Assembly (NCBI RefSeq): GCF_000009705.1
Contig: NC_003272.1
Coordinates: 5,160,001 to 5,192,000, forward strand
DNA length: 32,000 nt
Direction of reading: 5' to 3'
Source of the DNA: Nostoc sp. PCC 7120 = FACHB-418
Lineage (GTDB): Bacteria; Cyanobacteriota; Cyanobacteriia; Cyanobacteriales; Nostocaceae
A program made the translations under genes and the position numbers. Shown here in pieces: positions 1-7,799 of the stretch. Every line of letters starts with the position of its first letter. Position 1 is the first letter of the stretch. Under the pieces are notes generated by a model that was not told the DNA's origin, did no database searches, and saw nothing but the letters and a program-made list of their open reading frames with translations.

Positions 1-72
1 CCCGAATCGGACTGGTCTGGTGCTGTAGCGATGGGACGCTTCTAGCTGTTGTAGAATTGAACCTTCTAACAT
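1..72 (-). CDS. Possible 5' end of a minus-strand gene that runs off the left edge (24 codons visible: MLEGSILQQLEASHRYSTRPVRFG)
   Basis: An ATG at 72..70 (minus) opens a stop-free frame to position 1, divergent from the PrsW-like gene. There is no clear Shine-Dalgarno and it is too short to assign a family. Confidence 0.2.
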   Translation of the reverse strand, partial: MLEGSILQQLEASHRYSTRPVRFG

Positions 73-183
73 GGGGTTTGATTATATGAATCGCCAAGGC
101 GCTAGGGAAAACAGGATTTAATCCAGAGGTGATAAATTTATGCTGCTGAATCTTTAGTTTACTGTGCTTTGCGTGTCAGTTGT

Positions 184-219
184 TAGATCCCCGACTTCTT
201 GAAAAAGCCGGGGATCTAG
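184..219. repeat. Palindromic intergenic element (TAGATCCCCG ... CGGGGATCTA), a degenerate copy of a dispersed Nostoc hairpin repeat
   Basis: 10-bp perfect inverted arms at 184-193 and 210-219 around a 16-nt spacer. The GATCCCCGACTTCTT..GGGGATC core is a palindrome I recall as dispersed in Nostocales intergenic DNA. Confidence 0.5.
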
Positions 220-252
220 CAAACCCGTGAAAGGAGTAAAGGAGAATAACTT

Positions 253-1476
253 TTGACTAATGATTATTTGCAATTTGCTAAACAAGGCGATATAAATGCG
301 ATCGCCTCATTGATGAGCTTATATTTTCAACCGCAAGGCATCACTGTTAAAGCTAGTATCAAAAATAGTTGTTTACAGTTGATATTGGAGTCTGAACAGG
401 TTCCAGATAAAGCATCATCTGTAACTTTTATTCGTCAGGAATTATCTACGTGGCAATCTACATTAATTACTAATGTGCGAATTTATGGTCTGAGGGCTGA
501 TCAATCTTTTCCAGATTGGGAAGAGGCTTTTTCACTGATCAGACAACAGTCTGAAACTACAACGTTTTTAGCAGCACTACGGACATTTAAATTTGCTTCT
601 GTAGTTCCGTATCAAGATGTCTTTAGTGCTGAACTATATAGTAATAATACAGTTAAACTATTGTTATTTTTTGGACTATTTCCTTTAGGCATTGGCTTAA
701 TTGCTAAGTCTAGTAATTTGGAACAGACTGCTTGGTTACTTGGTATTTATTACGCCAGTATTTGGGGAGTAGTTTTATACAATTTAATCAAACCTGCTTG
801 GTTTTCTTGGCAAGAAACACTGAAATGTGTTGTGTTTACTGCTATTGTGGGCATCCCTTTACTACTGCTAATTCAACAATTTCCCCTATTCCAGTTACTT
901 TACGCCGCAACGGAGTCGAATTTAGGACTCATTCCTCAATTAATCGGGTTTATTTTCGGTGTAGGAGTATTAGAGGAAATTTGTAAAGCTTTGCCAGTAT
1001 ATCTATTCTTGCTGCGTCCCAGAAAACTCAAAGAACCACTGACAGGGGCATTTTATGGGGCTATGTCAGGATTAGGATTTGCGATCGCTGAAGGTAGTTC
1101 CTATTCTCTACTATACGCCTTCAATTTAGTCAGAGGACAATCAGGTTTTGGCACTTACATCTTGATAAATACCATTCGCTTTGTCTCCCTACCCTTGTTC
1201 CACGCCATTTTAGCGGGAATAGTCGGTTATTTTTTGGGACTGGCAGCAATTAATCGCTCTCGACAGCTACCAATTATGTTTATCGGTGTAGCTTTGGCTG
1301 CTGTTTTACATGGTGCTTACAACACATTTAGCGATGGCATCCTTGGTCTTGTAATCATCAGCTTTACCATTTTGTTGTTCGTTGCTTATTTGCGTCGCAG
1401 CCAACAAATGGTAGCAGAAATGCAGCAAGCAGAGTTGGAGAGACTGATTTTACCGCCAGATAACTCTGAAAACTAA
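253..1476 (+). CDS. PrsW-family intramembrane protease with an N-terminal soluble extension of about 130 aa
   Basis: 407-aa ORF with a TTG start 8 nt after GGAG. It has multiple TM helices after about aa 135. PrsW-type motifs are present: LEEICKALP (EExxK), FAIAEGSSY, LFHAILAG and LHGAYN. Confidence 0.7.
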   Translation: MTNDYLQFAKQGDINAIASLMSLYFQPQGITVKASIKNSCLQLILESEQVPDKASSVTFIRQELSTWQSTLITNVRIYGLRADQSFPDWEEAFSLIRQQSETTTFLAALRTFKFASVVPYQDVFSAELYSNNTVKLLLFFGLFPLGIGLIAKSSNLEQTAWLLGIYYASIWGVVLYNLIKPAWFSWQETLKCVVFTAIVGIPLLLLIQQFPLFQLLYAATESNLGLIPQLIGFIFGVGVLEEICKALPVYLFLLRPRKLKEPLTGAFYGAMSGLGFAIAEGSSYSLLYAFNLVRGQSGFGTYILINTIRFVSLPLFHAILAGIVGYFLGLAAINRSRQLPIMFIGVALAAVLHGAYNTFSDGILGLVIISFTILLFVAYLRRSQQMVAEMQQAELERLILPPDNSEN

Positions 1477-1560
1477 TTCTGCGCTAGCATTATCGCTGCT
1501 ATTAAATGGAGTTTTGTAACAAATACTGAACTATCTATGTAGGAGAAATATAGTGCCACA

Positions 1561-1962
1561 TTATTTTACCTTCGCTCCCCCAAATATCAGCCGCAACCAC
1601 AGCCATCCTAAGCCGCTACCAATAAAATAATAGGGAAAATCTGCCCAAGTAAAGACAGTACCAATTAACATTCTTCCCCACCAAAATGAACGCACCCAAT
1701 TGAGAAATGGTGGGTTCCACAATTGCATAAATTCTAACAGGCAAGTAATTACCAATACCCATAAAGGAATTTGCCAAACTGCCCGACGAGTGGGAATCAA
1801 TAGAAAAGCAAACAAACACCAAAATATCTCATAAAAAATCCCTCCTACCTCTTGATTCAACCACCAAATAGAATGGCGATAGTGGCTGTATAAGAGTCCA
1901 ATGGAGAGAATAATAGTCAGGGAAAGAAGGGTGCGCCAGCGAATGTTTGTGAGTATTGGCAT
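1561..1962 (-). CDS. Small polytopic membrane protein, DUF2809-like
   Basis: 133-aa ORF with an ATG start and 4 predicted hydrophobic helices. The Trp/Phe-rich C-terminal pattern (WNPPFLNWVRSFWWGRMLIGTVFTWADFPYYFIGSGLG) resembles DUF2809 as I remember it. Confidence 0.55.
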   Translation of the reverse strand: MPILTNIRWRTLLSLTIILSIGLLYSHYRHSIWWLNQEVGGIFYEIFWCLFAFLLIPTRRAVWQIPLWVLVITCLLEFMQLWNPPFLNWVRSFWWGRMLIGTVFTWADFPYYFIGSGLGWLWLRLIFGGAKVK

Positions 1963-2050
1963 TATTTAGGGTTTAAAATCCATGATTTCCCCTTATAAAA
2001 GGAGATGCACCGATTTTAAACGTGACACCACAGACTGTCCATAACCATTA

Positions 2051-2076
2051 GTGGGGTTCAAGTCCCCACCGATTGT
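2051..2076 (+). other. Isolated tRNA-like T-arm plus 3' acceptor-like tail (tRNA fragment or mimic), not a complete tRNA
   Basis: TGGGG-TTCAAGT-CCCCA at 2052-2068 is a canonical 5-bp T-stem with a 7-nt T-loop. No complementary 5' acceptor strand, D-arm or anticodon arm can be built upstream. Confidence 0.3.
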
Positions 2077-2079
2077 CTC

Positions 2080-2326
2080 CCCTGCGAGCAGCTACGGTGT
2101 ACACACAAGTCTTGAAATTACGCCTAACGCTTGGTTTCGTCGTCTAGCTCTAGGCTGTGCGATCGCTCTGGAAGCCTGTCATTGCGAGGAGGAACGACGA
2201 AGCAATCACAAAAACTACAGGATGATGCGATTACTTCGCTCCGCTCGTAATGACGGTTAAAAGGGTCTTTACGGCTTGAAACCCTTGCAGATAGTACTTG
2301 TGTGTACACGGTAGCTGCGAGCAGGG
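2080..2326. mobile_element. MITE-like non-autonomous element with 31-bp terminal inverted repeats and nested internal hairpins
   Basis: The left arm (2080-2110, CCCTGCGAGCAGCTACGGTGTACACACAAGT) matches the reverse complement of the right arm (2296-2326) at 28 of 31 positions. There is an internal long imperfect hairpin at 2178-2254 (GTCATTGCGAGG...CGAAGCAATC / GATTACTTCG...CTCGTAATGAC), typical of Nostoc dispersed repeats. No transposase is present. Confidence 0.55.
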
Positions 2327-2354
2327 AAAGGATTAACTCCTGAATACTTCTAAA

Positions 2355-3944
2355 TCAAACCCCCACTAACTGTTTATCTTTCGTCTCAATTGGTGCTGAA
2401 AGTGCTGCTTCCAAATCCGCACACCCTAATCTTTCCTCAAGGATGTTCATGACTTCTCGCCCGAAATCATTGGGGTTTCGTCGCCAAGCTTGTAAGCAGA
2501 CTTCGCCAAAGAATGAACCAAGAGGTTCTGGATTCCACAAAAGTTTTTTGGCTGTCCACGGCATCAAACTCATGGGATTGTACCCTGGTTTGAGGACACC
2601 TTCTTTAAAAGCATACTCTTCTAAATGGGTGTGGGGTTGCAAGCCAATAAAGAAAATAGCTGGTTCGACTTTATCAGCACCGAAGATTTTTTCCAATTCG
2701 CGGTGGTAGGCGATGGTTTGACGGATGGTTTCAGGACGTTCATCAATCACGTTAAAAGAGTAATTGACAGAAACCATATCATTAAACCCAGCAGCTTTTA
2801 AGTCACGGCAGTTTTGCAAGACAGTCCGCAAGTTATAACCCATCCGCATTTTTCGCACGAGTTCTTGAGAACCACTGGTAATCCCAATTTCAAAATAGTT
2901 CATCCCAGTTTTTGCCATCAACTCACACAATTCTGGTGTGAGGTTGTCGGCTCTGATGTATGCTGCCCAGTGGATATCTGTCATGCCAGAATCAACAATT
3001 TTCTGTAACAGTTCCACCGCATCATCAATAAATTTCCGTGCAGGAATGAATTGGGCATCTGTAAACCAGAAATTGCGAATGCCGCGATTATACAACTGCC
3101 GTATTTCCGCTACGACTTCATCAGCTGGGTTAATACGTACCTGTTTACCTTCCACTACGGTGTACACACAGTAACAACAGTTGTGAGGACAACCGCGCTT
3201 GGTTTGGACACCGATGTAAAAGTCTTGTTCTTGCAGGTAATAGTTAAACTCCGGCCAGATACGCTCTATGTAGTCGTAGTTACAGGCGCTTTTTTCCAAT
3301 GGGGTTGGTTGTTCATGAATTAAACGCTGGCGTGGCTTCGCTTCTCCCACTACATAACAGCGTTCATCCCGAAACTCTTTGCCACTTAAGAATTTTTCGA
3401 GTAAAGTTTCGCCTTCACCCACAGAAATAATTGTGCCATTGGGTAGGCTTTTACCCAGTTGTTCGTAAAATACGCTAACAGCACCACCACCTACAACCAC
3501 ACGGGCATCAGGGTGATATTTGGCAGCACGTTTTAAGCCACGTTTAATTAATCCCAGGTTACGCCACAACTCTACATAGTAGGCGATGAAGATGCGTAAA
3601 CCACCTAAAGCCCCACGCAATTTAATCAGGGGATTTTTAGCGTAGTAAAATTCAAAGGCGTTTTGCAGAGGGTTGCCACCACGTCCACCCACTGGGGCAT
3701 AAATTTGAATATCCCGCCAAGAAAATACCAATAGGGTAGGTTGGAATTCGTCGATACAACGATCCAAGGCAGAGGCATAATCTAAAGGTGGAACTGTTCC
3801 CAAATCAAAAATCCGTTGCTCGATGTTGGGAAACATCTTGTGGACATGATCGCTCAAGTAAACAACCCCAATAGGAAAGATGGGGTTACAAGGAAGGCGA
3901 ACATAGAGAATTCGATTTTCCATCATCGGTGTTTTAACTTCCAT
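2355..3944 (-). CDS. B12-binding-domain radical SAM enzyme of uncharacterised function
   Basis: 529-aa ORF with the radical SAM cluster motif CPHNCCYC (CxxxCxxC) and an N-terminal Rossmann-like B12-type domain. The true start is probably one of the internal Met codons at 3926 or 3923 (MMENRILYVRLPCNP). Confidence 0.85.
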   Translation of the reverse strand: MEVKTPMMENRILYVRLPCNPIFPIGVVYLSDHVHKMFPNIEQRIFDLGTVPPLDYASALDRCIDEFQPTLLVFSWRDIQIYAPVGGRGGNPLQNAFEFYYAKNPLIKLRGALGGLRIFIAYYVELWRNLGLIKRGLKRAAKYHPDARVVVGGGAVSVFYEQLGKSLPNGTIISVGEGETLLEKFLSGKEFRDERCYVVGEAKPRQRLIHEQPTPLEKSACNYDYIERIWPEFNYYLQEQDFYIGVQTKRGCPHNCCYCVYTVVEGKQVRINPADEVVAEIRQLYNRGIRNFWFTDAQFIPARKFIDDAVELLQKIVDSGMTDIHWAAYIRADNLTPELCELMAKTGMNYFEIGITSGSQELVRKMRMGYNLRTVLQNCRDLKAAGFNDMVSVNYSFNVIDERPETIRQTIAYHRELEKIFGADKVEPAIFFIGLQPHTHLEEYAFKEGVLKPGYNPMSLMPWTAKKLLWNPEPLGSFFGEVCLQAWRRNPNDFGREVMNILEERLGCADLEAALSAPIETKDKQLVGV

Positions 3945-4376
3945 CTTGCCGTCTGTTGAGGAGAGTTGAAAAAATAGTCAATATGCCAAGTGTGTTTTAG
4001 TCTGACGTGTTTATTACAAGCCTGCTTGACATTTAAGCAGATTCTTGATAAGCAGATTTTCCTGGCATGGAAATAATATAGATTGGCTTTATGAAGAAAA
4101 ATTTCATATATCTTTACCATAACACTGAGTTCATTCCTTAAGCGATGATCCCTATAGTTAAGCCCTAAGAAGGGTGAAACCGAAAATTTTCCGTTAGAGG
4201 TTTTATTGCAGCGCTGGAATAATGATGAGTCAATGGTATTAATTATGAATTTAATAGGTCATAAATTGAGAAAAAATATTTATTACTGTATAATTTTATG
4301 GGCAATAATTTCTTTTATATAAATTCCATAACTTGAACATATCTTTAGATATAAATAGCGTAGAAAATTTCAGTTG

Positions 4377-4390
4377 GTAGTCGGAGTTAC
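4377..4390 (+). promoter_or_regulatory. Candidate NtcA-type site (GTA-N8-TAC) with a -10-like TAACTT 23 nt downstream, upstream of the DUF1830-like gene
   Basis: GTAGTCGGAGTTAC at 4377-4390 and TAACTT at 4414-4419, with start codons at 4440 (GTG) and 4464 (ATG). The motif is short enough to occur by chance. Confidence 0.3.
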
Positions 4391-4439
4391 AACATATTGG
4401 GATCAGCCAGTGTTAACTTTGCAGGTGTAATGTAAAATT

Positions 4440-4838
4440 GTGGCGACAAGCTCCTCAGCAGTTATGGCTCAAATATTAGATCCTCTACCACCTGAGCAAT
4501 CAGGAAAAGTTCTCTGCTGCTACGTTAATGCCACGAGCAAAATCCAGGTCGCTCGCATCACCAATATTCCCAATTGGTACTTTGAAAGGGTGGTTTTCCC
4601 TGGACAACGCCTCGTGTTTGAAGCTCCCATCGAAGGGCAAATGGAGATTCATACAGGTATGATGGCAAGTGCAATTTTGTCTGACACCATTCCGTGCGAT
4701 CGCCTGATTATGAGCGAACCCAGCAGCAATGAATTTAATACAGATTCCGTAGGGACAGACCCTATTAGTACAAAATCCGTAGTGCAGACAAATAATACAA
4801 AACCTTTAACAGTTGCTGGTCTAGCATCCGTTGAATAA
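4440..4838 (+). CDS. DUF1830-like conserved cyanobacterial protein
   Basis: 132-aa ORF. The core CCYVNATSKIQVARITNIPNWYFERVVFPGQRLVFEAP matches my memory of the DUF1830 signature. The start is uncertain (GTG 4440 or ATG 4464). An intrinsic terminator follows. Confidence 0.65.
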   Translation: MATSSSAVMAQILDPLPPEQSGKVLCCYVNATSKIQVARITNIPNWYFERVVFPGQRLVFEAPIEGQMEIHTGMMASAILSDTIPCDRLIMSEPSSNEFNTDSVGTDPISTKSVVQTNNTKPLTVAGLASVE

Positions 4839-4861
4839 GAAAATAATTTTAGTCAAATATT

Positions 4862-4893
4862 AAAGGCTGCTGGATTCAGCAGCTTTTTTGTTT
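4862..4893 (+). terminator. Rho-independent terminator of the DUF1830-like gene
   Basis: GCTGCTG-GATT-CAGCAGC stem-loop at 4866-4883, followed by TTTTTTGTTT, 25 nt after the stop codon. Confidence 0.75.
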
Positions 4894-4924
4894 GGTCAAT
4901 TGTCAGTTGTCGGTTGTCAGTAGT
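4892..4924. repeat. STRR-type heptamer tract (TTGGTCA / ATTGTCA / GTTGTCG / GTTGTCA)
   Basis: Four to five consecutive 7-nt units read directly. TTGGTCA is the published STRR2 unit of heterocystous cyanobacteria. Confidence 0.8.
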
Positions 4925-4988
4925 TTTCCCAAAATCCCGCGCCTCCCCTGCCTCTTAAAAGTCCCACTCCCATCTACAATAAATATTT

Positions 4989-5450
4989 ATGCACCTACCT
5001 TCATTTATTTGGCTGTGGAAAATAGCTGCGTGGTCGATGGGATTATCGCTATTGGCTTATATGCTGCTAGCAACCACAGGCTTTTGGATGTGGCGAATGA
5101 GAAATTCGCGCTCAATTCCTAGTTTTATGATGTTTGCTGGGGGTCGTTCACAATGGGTAACGCTGCACTTGATTATGGGTGTCAGCATGGTCGGTTTAGT
5201 GCTGTTACTGCTGGCGATCGGAATTATTGGCACTTTGGGACACTTTGGCTCTTTAGGTCACTCATCGCACCTGTGGGCTGGATTAATCGTTGTGGCATTA
5301 GTTTTACTATCCGCCTTGAGTGCGACACAGATTAGGTTCGGGAAGACTTGGGCTAGACCGTTACACATCACTTTAAACACCATTTTATTTGTCGGCTTCA
5401 CTTGGGTATCATTCACTGGTTGGAGTGTGGTACAGAAGTATTTACCATGA
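4989..5450 (+). CDS. Small 4-TM membrane protein (DUF4079-like, assignment from memory)
   Basis: 153-aa ORF with an ATG start and four long hydrophobic segments. Conserved His residues sit in or near the helices (HLIMG, GHFGSLGHSSH). Confidence 0.6.
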   Translation: MHLPSFIWLWKIAAWSMGLSLLAYMLLATTGFWMWRMRNSRSIPSFMMFAGGRSQWVTLHLIMGVSMVGLVLLLLAIGIIGTLGHFGSLGHSSHLWAGLIVVALVLLSALSATQIRFGKTWARPLHITLNTILFVGFTWVSFTGWSVVQKYLP

Positions 5451-5531
5451 ATGTAACTAAGCGATCAGCTACTCCCTACTCTCACTATCCCAGTTAGACT
5501 AAATTTAAAAGCCTATAAGCCTAATTGAGCC

Positions 5532-6086
5532 GTGACAGCAAATTTAGTCGATAATTCAACTACCGTTTTCCGCCTATCTCCCTTAATTCGGATTACCTTA
5601 TTAAGTCTATATATAGCGCTCACAGTCCCCTTACCTTTCTTAGCAGAAGCGACAAATGCACCTACACCACCGACTTTGTTATGGGTGGGAATTAGCATAG
5701 GTTTTGTTGGCTTGTATGCGGTGTTGACTGAACGAGTAGTGGTGGATGACCAAGGAATACAGGTAACATACCCAGTCTGGGTTCCCAAATTCTTCCGTAA
5801 AGGTTGGTCTTTACCTTGGAAAGAAGTAAAACAGATTAAACCTCGCTCCACAGGTCAAGGAGGGCTGGTTTATTATTTTCTCAGTCAAGAAGGAAAAGCT
5901 TATTTGCTACCGATGCGCGTAGCTGGATTTGCCCGTCTAGTAAACATTGTCCAAAGCAAAACAGGTATAGACACCACTGATGTTCGCCCTTTAGCGCAAC
6001 CGTGGATGTATTTGATTTTATTAGGATTTACACTATTACTACTTTTAATTGATGCTTGGGCGATCGCCACAGCTATAGCCATCTAA
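5532..6086 (+). CDS. Membrane protein with a central soluble domain flanked by TM helices (bacterial PH-like topology)
   Basis: 184-aa ORF with a GTG start. It has two N-terminal TM helices, a basic soluble segment of about 80 aa, and a C-terminal TM helix. The antisense ORF 5513..5851 is less plausible. Confidence 0.55.
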   Translation: MTANLVDNSTTVFRLSPLIRITLLSLYIALTVPLPFLAEATNAPTPPTLLWVGISIGFVGLYAVLTERVVVDDQGIQVTYPVWVPKFFRKGWSLPWKEVKQIKPRSTGQGGLVYYFLSQEGKAYLLPMRVAGFARLVNIVQSKTGIDTTDVRPLAQPWMYLILLGFTLLLLLIDAWAIATAIAI

Positions 6087-6093
6087 GATTAGG

Positions 6094-6114
6094 AACTGGG
6101 GACTAGGGACTGGG
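6094..6114. repeat. STRR1-type heptamer tract (AACTGGG GACTAGG GACTGGG, the complement of CCCCAGT)
   Basis: Three 7-nt units read directly in the spacer before the ABC ATPase gene. Confidence 0.75.
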
Positions 6115-6126
6115 TAAAAAACTTCT

Positions 6127-6164
6127 CCCCTACACCCCTACATTCCTACACCCTACACTCCTAA
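6127..6164. repeat. Short tandem repeat CCCCTACA x2 followed by degenerate CCTACA units
   Basis: CCCCTACA CCCCTACA TTCCTACA CCCTACA CTCCTAA read directly, immediately upstream of the ATG at 6172. Confidence 0.7.
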
Positions 6165-6171
6165 ATTCCCA

Positions 6172-6927
6172 ATGACAGCCCAATTAAGGCTAGAACAAGT
6201 TAATCTGTTTGCCAAGCTAAAAACCCAGCTTCAGGGCTACCCAATATTGCAGGATATCTCTTTTGAGATTAACTCTGGCGATCGCCTAGCAATTATTGGC
6301 CCCTCCGGTGCTGGTAAAACTTCTTTACTACGTCTAATTAACCGCCTCAGTGAACCTAATAGCGGCAAAATTTTTTTAGAAAATCAAGAATATCCGCAAA
6401 TTCCTGTTATCCAGTTGCGCCAGATAGTGACCCTGGTATTACAAGAGCCAAAGTTTCTGGGGATGACAGTCCAACAAGCCTTAGCTTACCCTTTAATTTT
6501 GCGCGGTTTGACCAAAGAGACGATTCAGCAGCGAGTCAGTCATTGGGCGGAACAGCTGCAAATCCCTGGTGATTGGTTAGGACGCACTGAGGTACAACTT
6601 TCGGCTGGACAGAGACAGCTCGTAGCGATCGCTCGTGCTTTAGTCATTCAACCGAAAATCCTCCTGTTAGATGAGCCAACCTCTCATCTAGATATTGGTA
6701 TAGCCTCCCATCTTATCCAAGTCTTAACCCAGCTAACTCAAACTCATCACACAACAATTGTGATGGTAAACAGCCAGCTAGACTTCACTCAGATGTTTTG
6801 TAATCGGCTTTTGTATTTACAGCAAGGACGTTTATTGGTTAATCAAACAGCTTCTAACATCGACTGGATTGACTTACAAAAAAGGTTGATGCACGCCGAA
6901 AACCAAGCCGATGAAGAATGGAACTAA
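6172..6927 (+). CDS. ABC transporter ATP-binding protein (stand-alone ATPase with an atypical H-loop)
   Basis: Walker A GPSGAGKTS, Q-loop LQEP, signature LSAGQRQ and Walker B LLLDEPTS are present. The position aligned to the VTHD H-loop reads VNSQ. No adjacent permease or binding protein. Confidence 0.9.
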   Translation: MTAQLRLEQVNLFAKLKTQLQGYPILQDISFEINSGDRLAIIGPSGAGKTSLLRLINRLSEPNSGKIFLENQEYPQIPVIQLRQIVTLVLQEPKFLGMTVQQALAYPLILRGLTKETIQQRVSHWAEQLQIPGDWLGRTEVQLSAGQRQLVAIARALVIQPKILLLDEPTSHLDIGIASHLIQVLTQLTQTHHTTIVMVNSQLDFTQMFCNRLLYLQQGRLLVNQTASNIDWIDLQKRLMHAENQADEEWN

Positions 6928-6996
6928 GTTAATAATCAATAGTCATTAGTGCTGAGTTAGGAGTAAAAATCATTATTTTTCCTCCCTCTGCCTCCT

Positions 6997-7767
6997 CTAC
7001 ACCCTCTGCCCACTTAGAGTTGAGCGTTGGTTGCTAAATCTTTCTTTTGTTAACTTTGCTTGTGTTTGTGGAGGATTAGCATTCAAAATTTCCATGTTAA
7101 ATCGGTATCCAACATTGCGGATAGTCTGAATGAGGCTAGGTTGGCGGGGATCAAGTTCTACTTTTTTACGTAACGATAGAACATGAGTGTCAATGGTACG
7201 CGGATTGTCGATAGCGTCAGGCCACGCACGACGTAGCAACTCTGATCGGCTCAAAGGTACTCCACCAGCTTGCGCCAAAACGTACAACAAACTAAATTCC
7301 TGTGGAGTCAGGTCGATAAACTCCCCTTGGAATCGTACACGGCGTTGGACTAAATCGATTTGCAAAGTACCATAATCCAAATAAGCAGGAGCAGTAGGTG
7401 TGCGCTTGCGGCGGATTAATGCCTCTACCCTAGCCAAAAACTCCTGCATCCCAAATGGTTTGCTCAAGTAATCATCAGCTCCCGCCTTCAACCCGGCAAC
7501 GATATCAGCCTCATTAGTCCGAGCAGATAACATGAGAATTAGCGGCTGTTGCTGACGATGCAGCCAACGGCAAAATTCAATACCGTCACCATCTGGCAAA
7601 TCAGCATCCAGAATCACTAGAGTTGGCTGATGGCTCAAAAAGGCTTCCCTTGCTTGATATATGCTGGCGGCTTGATGCACACGGTATTCCAATTGTTGCA
7701 AGTGCCAACCCAGCAACGACCTCAGATGGGGATTCCCCTCAACGATTTCAATACAAACCGAACCCAC
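6997..7767 (-). CDS. nrrA: OmpR-family two-component response regulator (receiver plus winged helix); probable nitrogen-responsive regulator NrrA
   Basis: Receiver motifs are present (phospho-acceptor in LVILDADLPDGDG, LSARTNE, DYLSKPF), plus a C-terminal wHTH (PQEFSLLYVLA...IRNVGYRF). The symbol rests on synteny with PCC 7120 all4312 (from memory) and an NtcA-type promoter upstream, not on direct sequence recognition. GTG start. Confidence 0.8.
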   Translation of the reverse strand: MGSVCIEIVEGNPHLRSLLGWHLQQLEYRVHQAASIYQAREAFLSHQPTLVILDADLPDGDGIEFCRWLHRQQQPLILMLSARTNEADIVAGLKAGADDYLSKPFGMQEFLARVEALIRRKRTPTAPAYLDYGTLQIDLVQRRVRFQGEFIDLTPQEFSLLYVLAQAGGVPLSRSELLRRAWPDAIDNPRTIDTHVLSLRKKVELDPRQPSLIQTIRNVGYRFNMEILNANPPQTQAKLTKERFSNQRSTLSGQRV

Positions 7768-7799
7768 GGCGGCAAGACCCCTTAGCGTCGATGAATTTC

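Noticed and set aside
2001-2076. A complete tRNA gene ending at the T-arm
   Set aside because: The required 5' acceptor strand (CAATCGG or wobble variants), D-arm and anticodon arm cannot be found at the proper distance. Upstream sequence runs into the 1561..1962 CDS, so an intron-split gene is also excluded.
2051-2309. ORFs 2051..2260 (+) and 2124..2309 (-), 69 and 61 aa
   Set aside because: Both lie entirely inside the MITE-like repeat. Peptides such as HCEERRSN and LRSARNDG are the usual translation artefacts of Nostoc dispersed hairpin repeats.
5513-5851. 112-aa minus-strand ORF
   Set aside because: It overlaps the more plausible plus-strand membrane-protein ORF 5532..6086, whose hydrophobic periodicity looks genuine.
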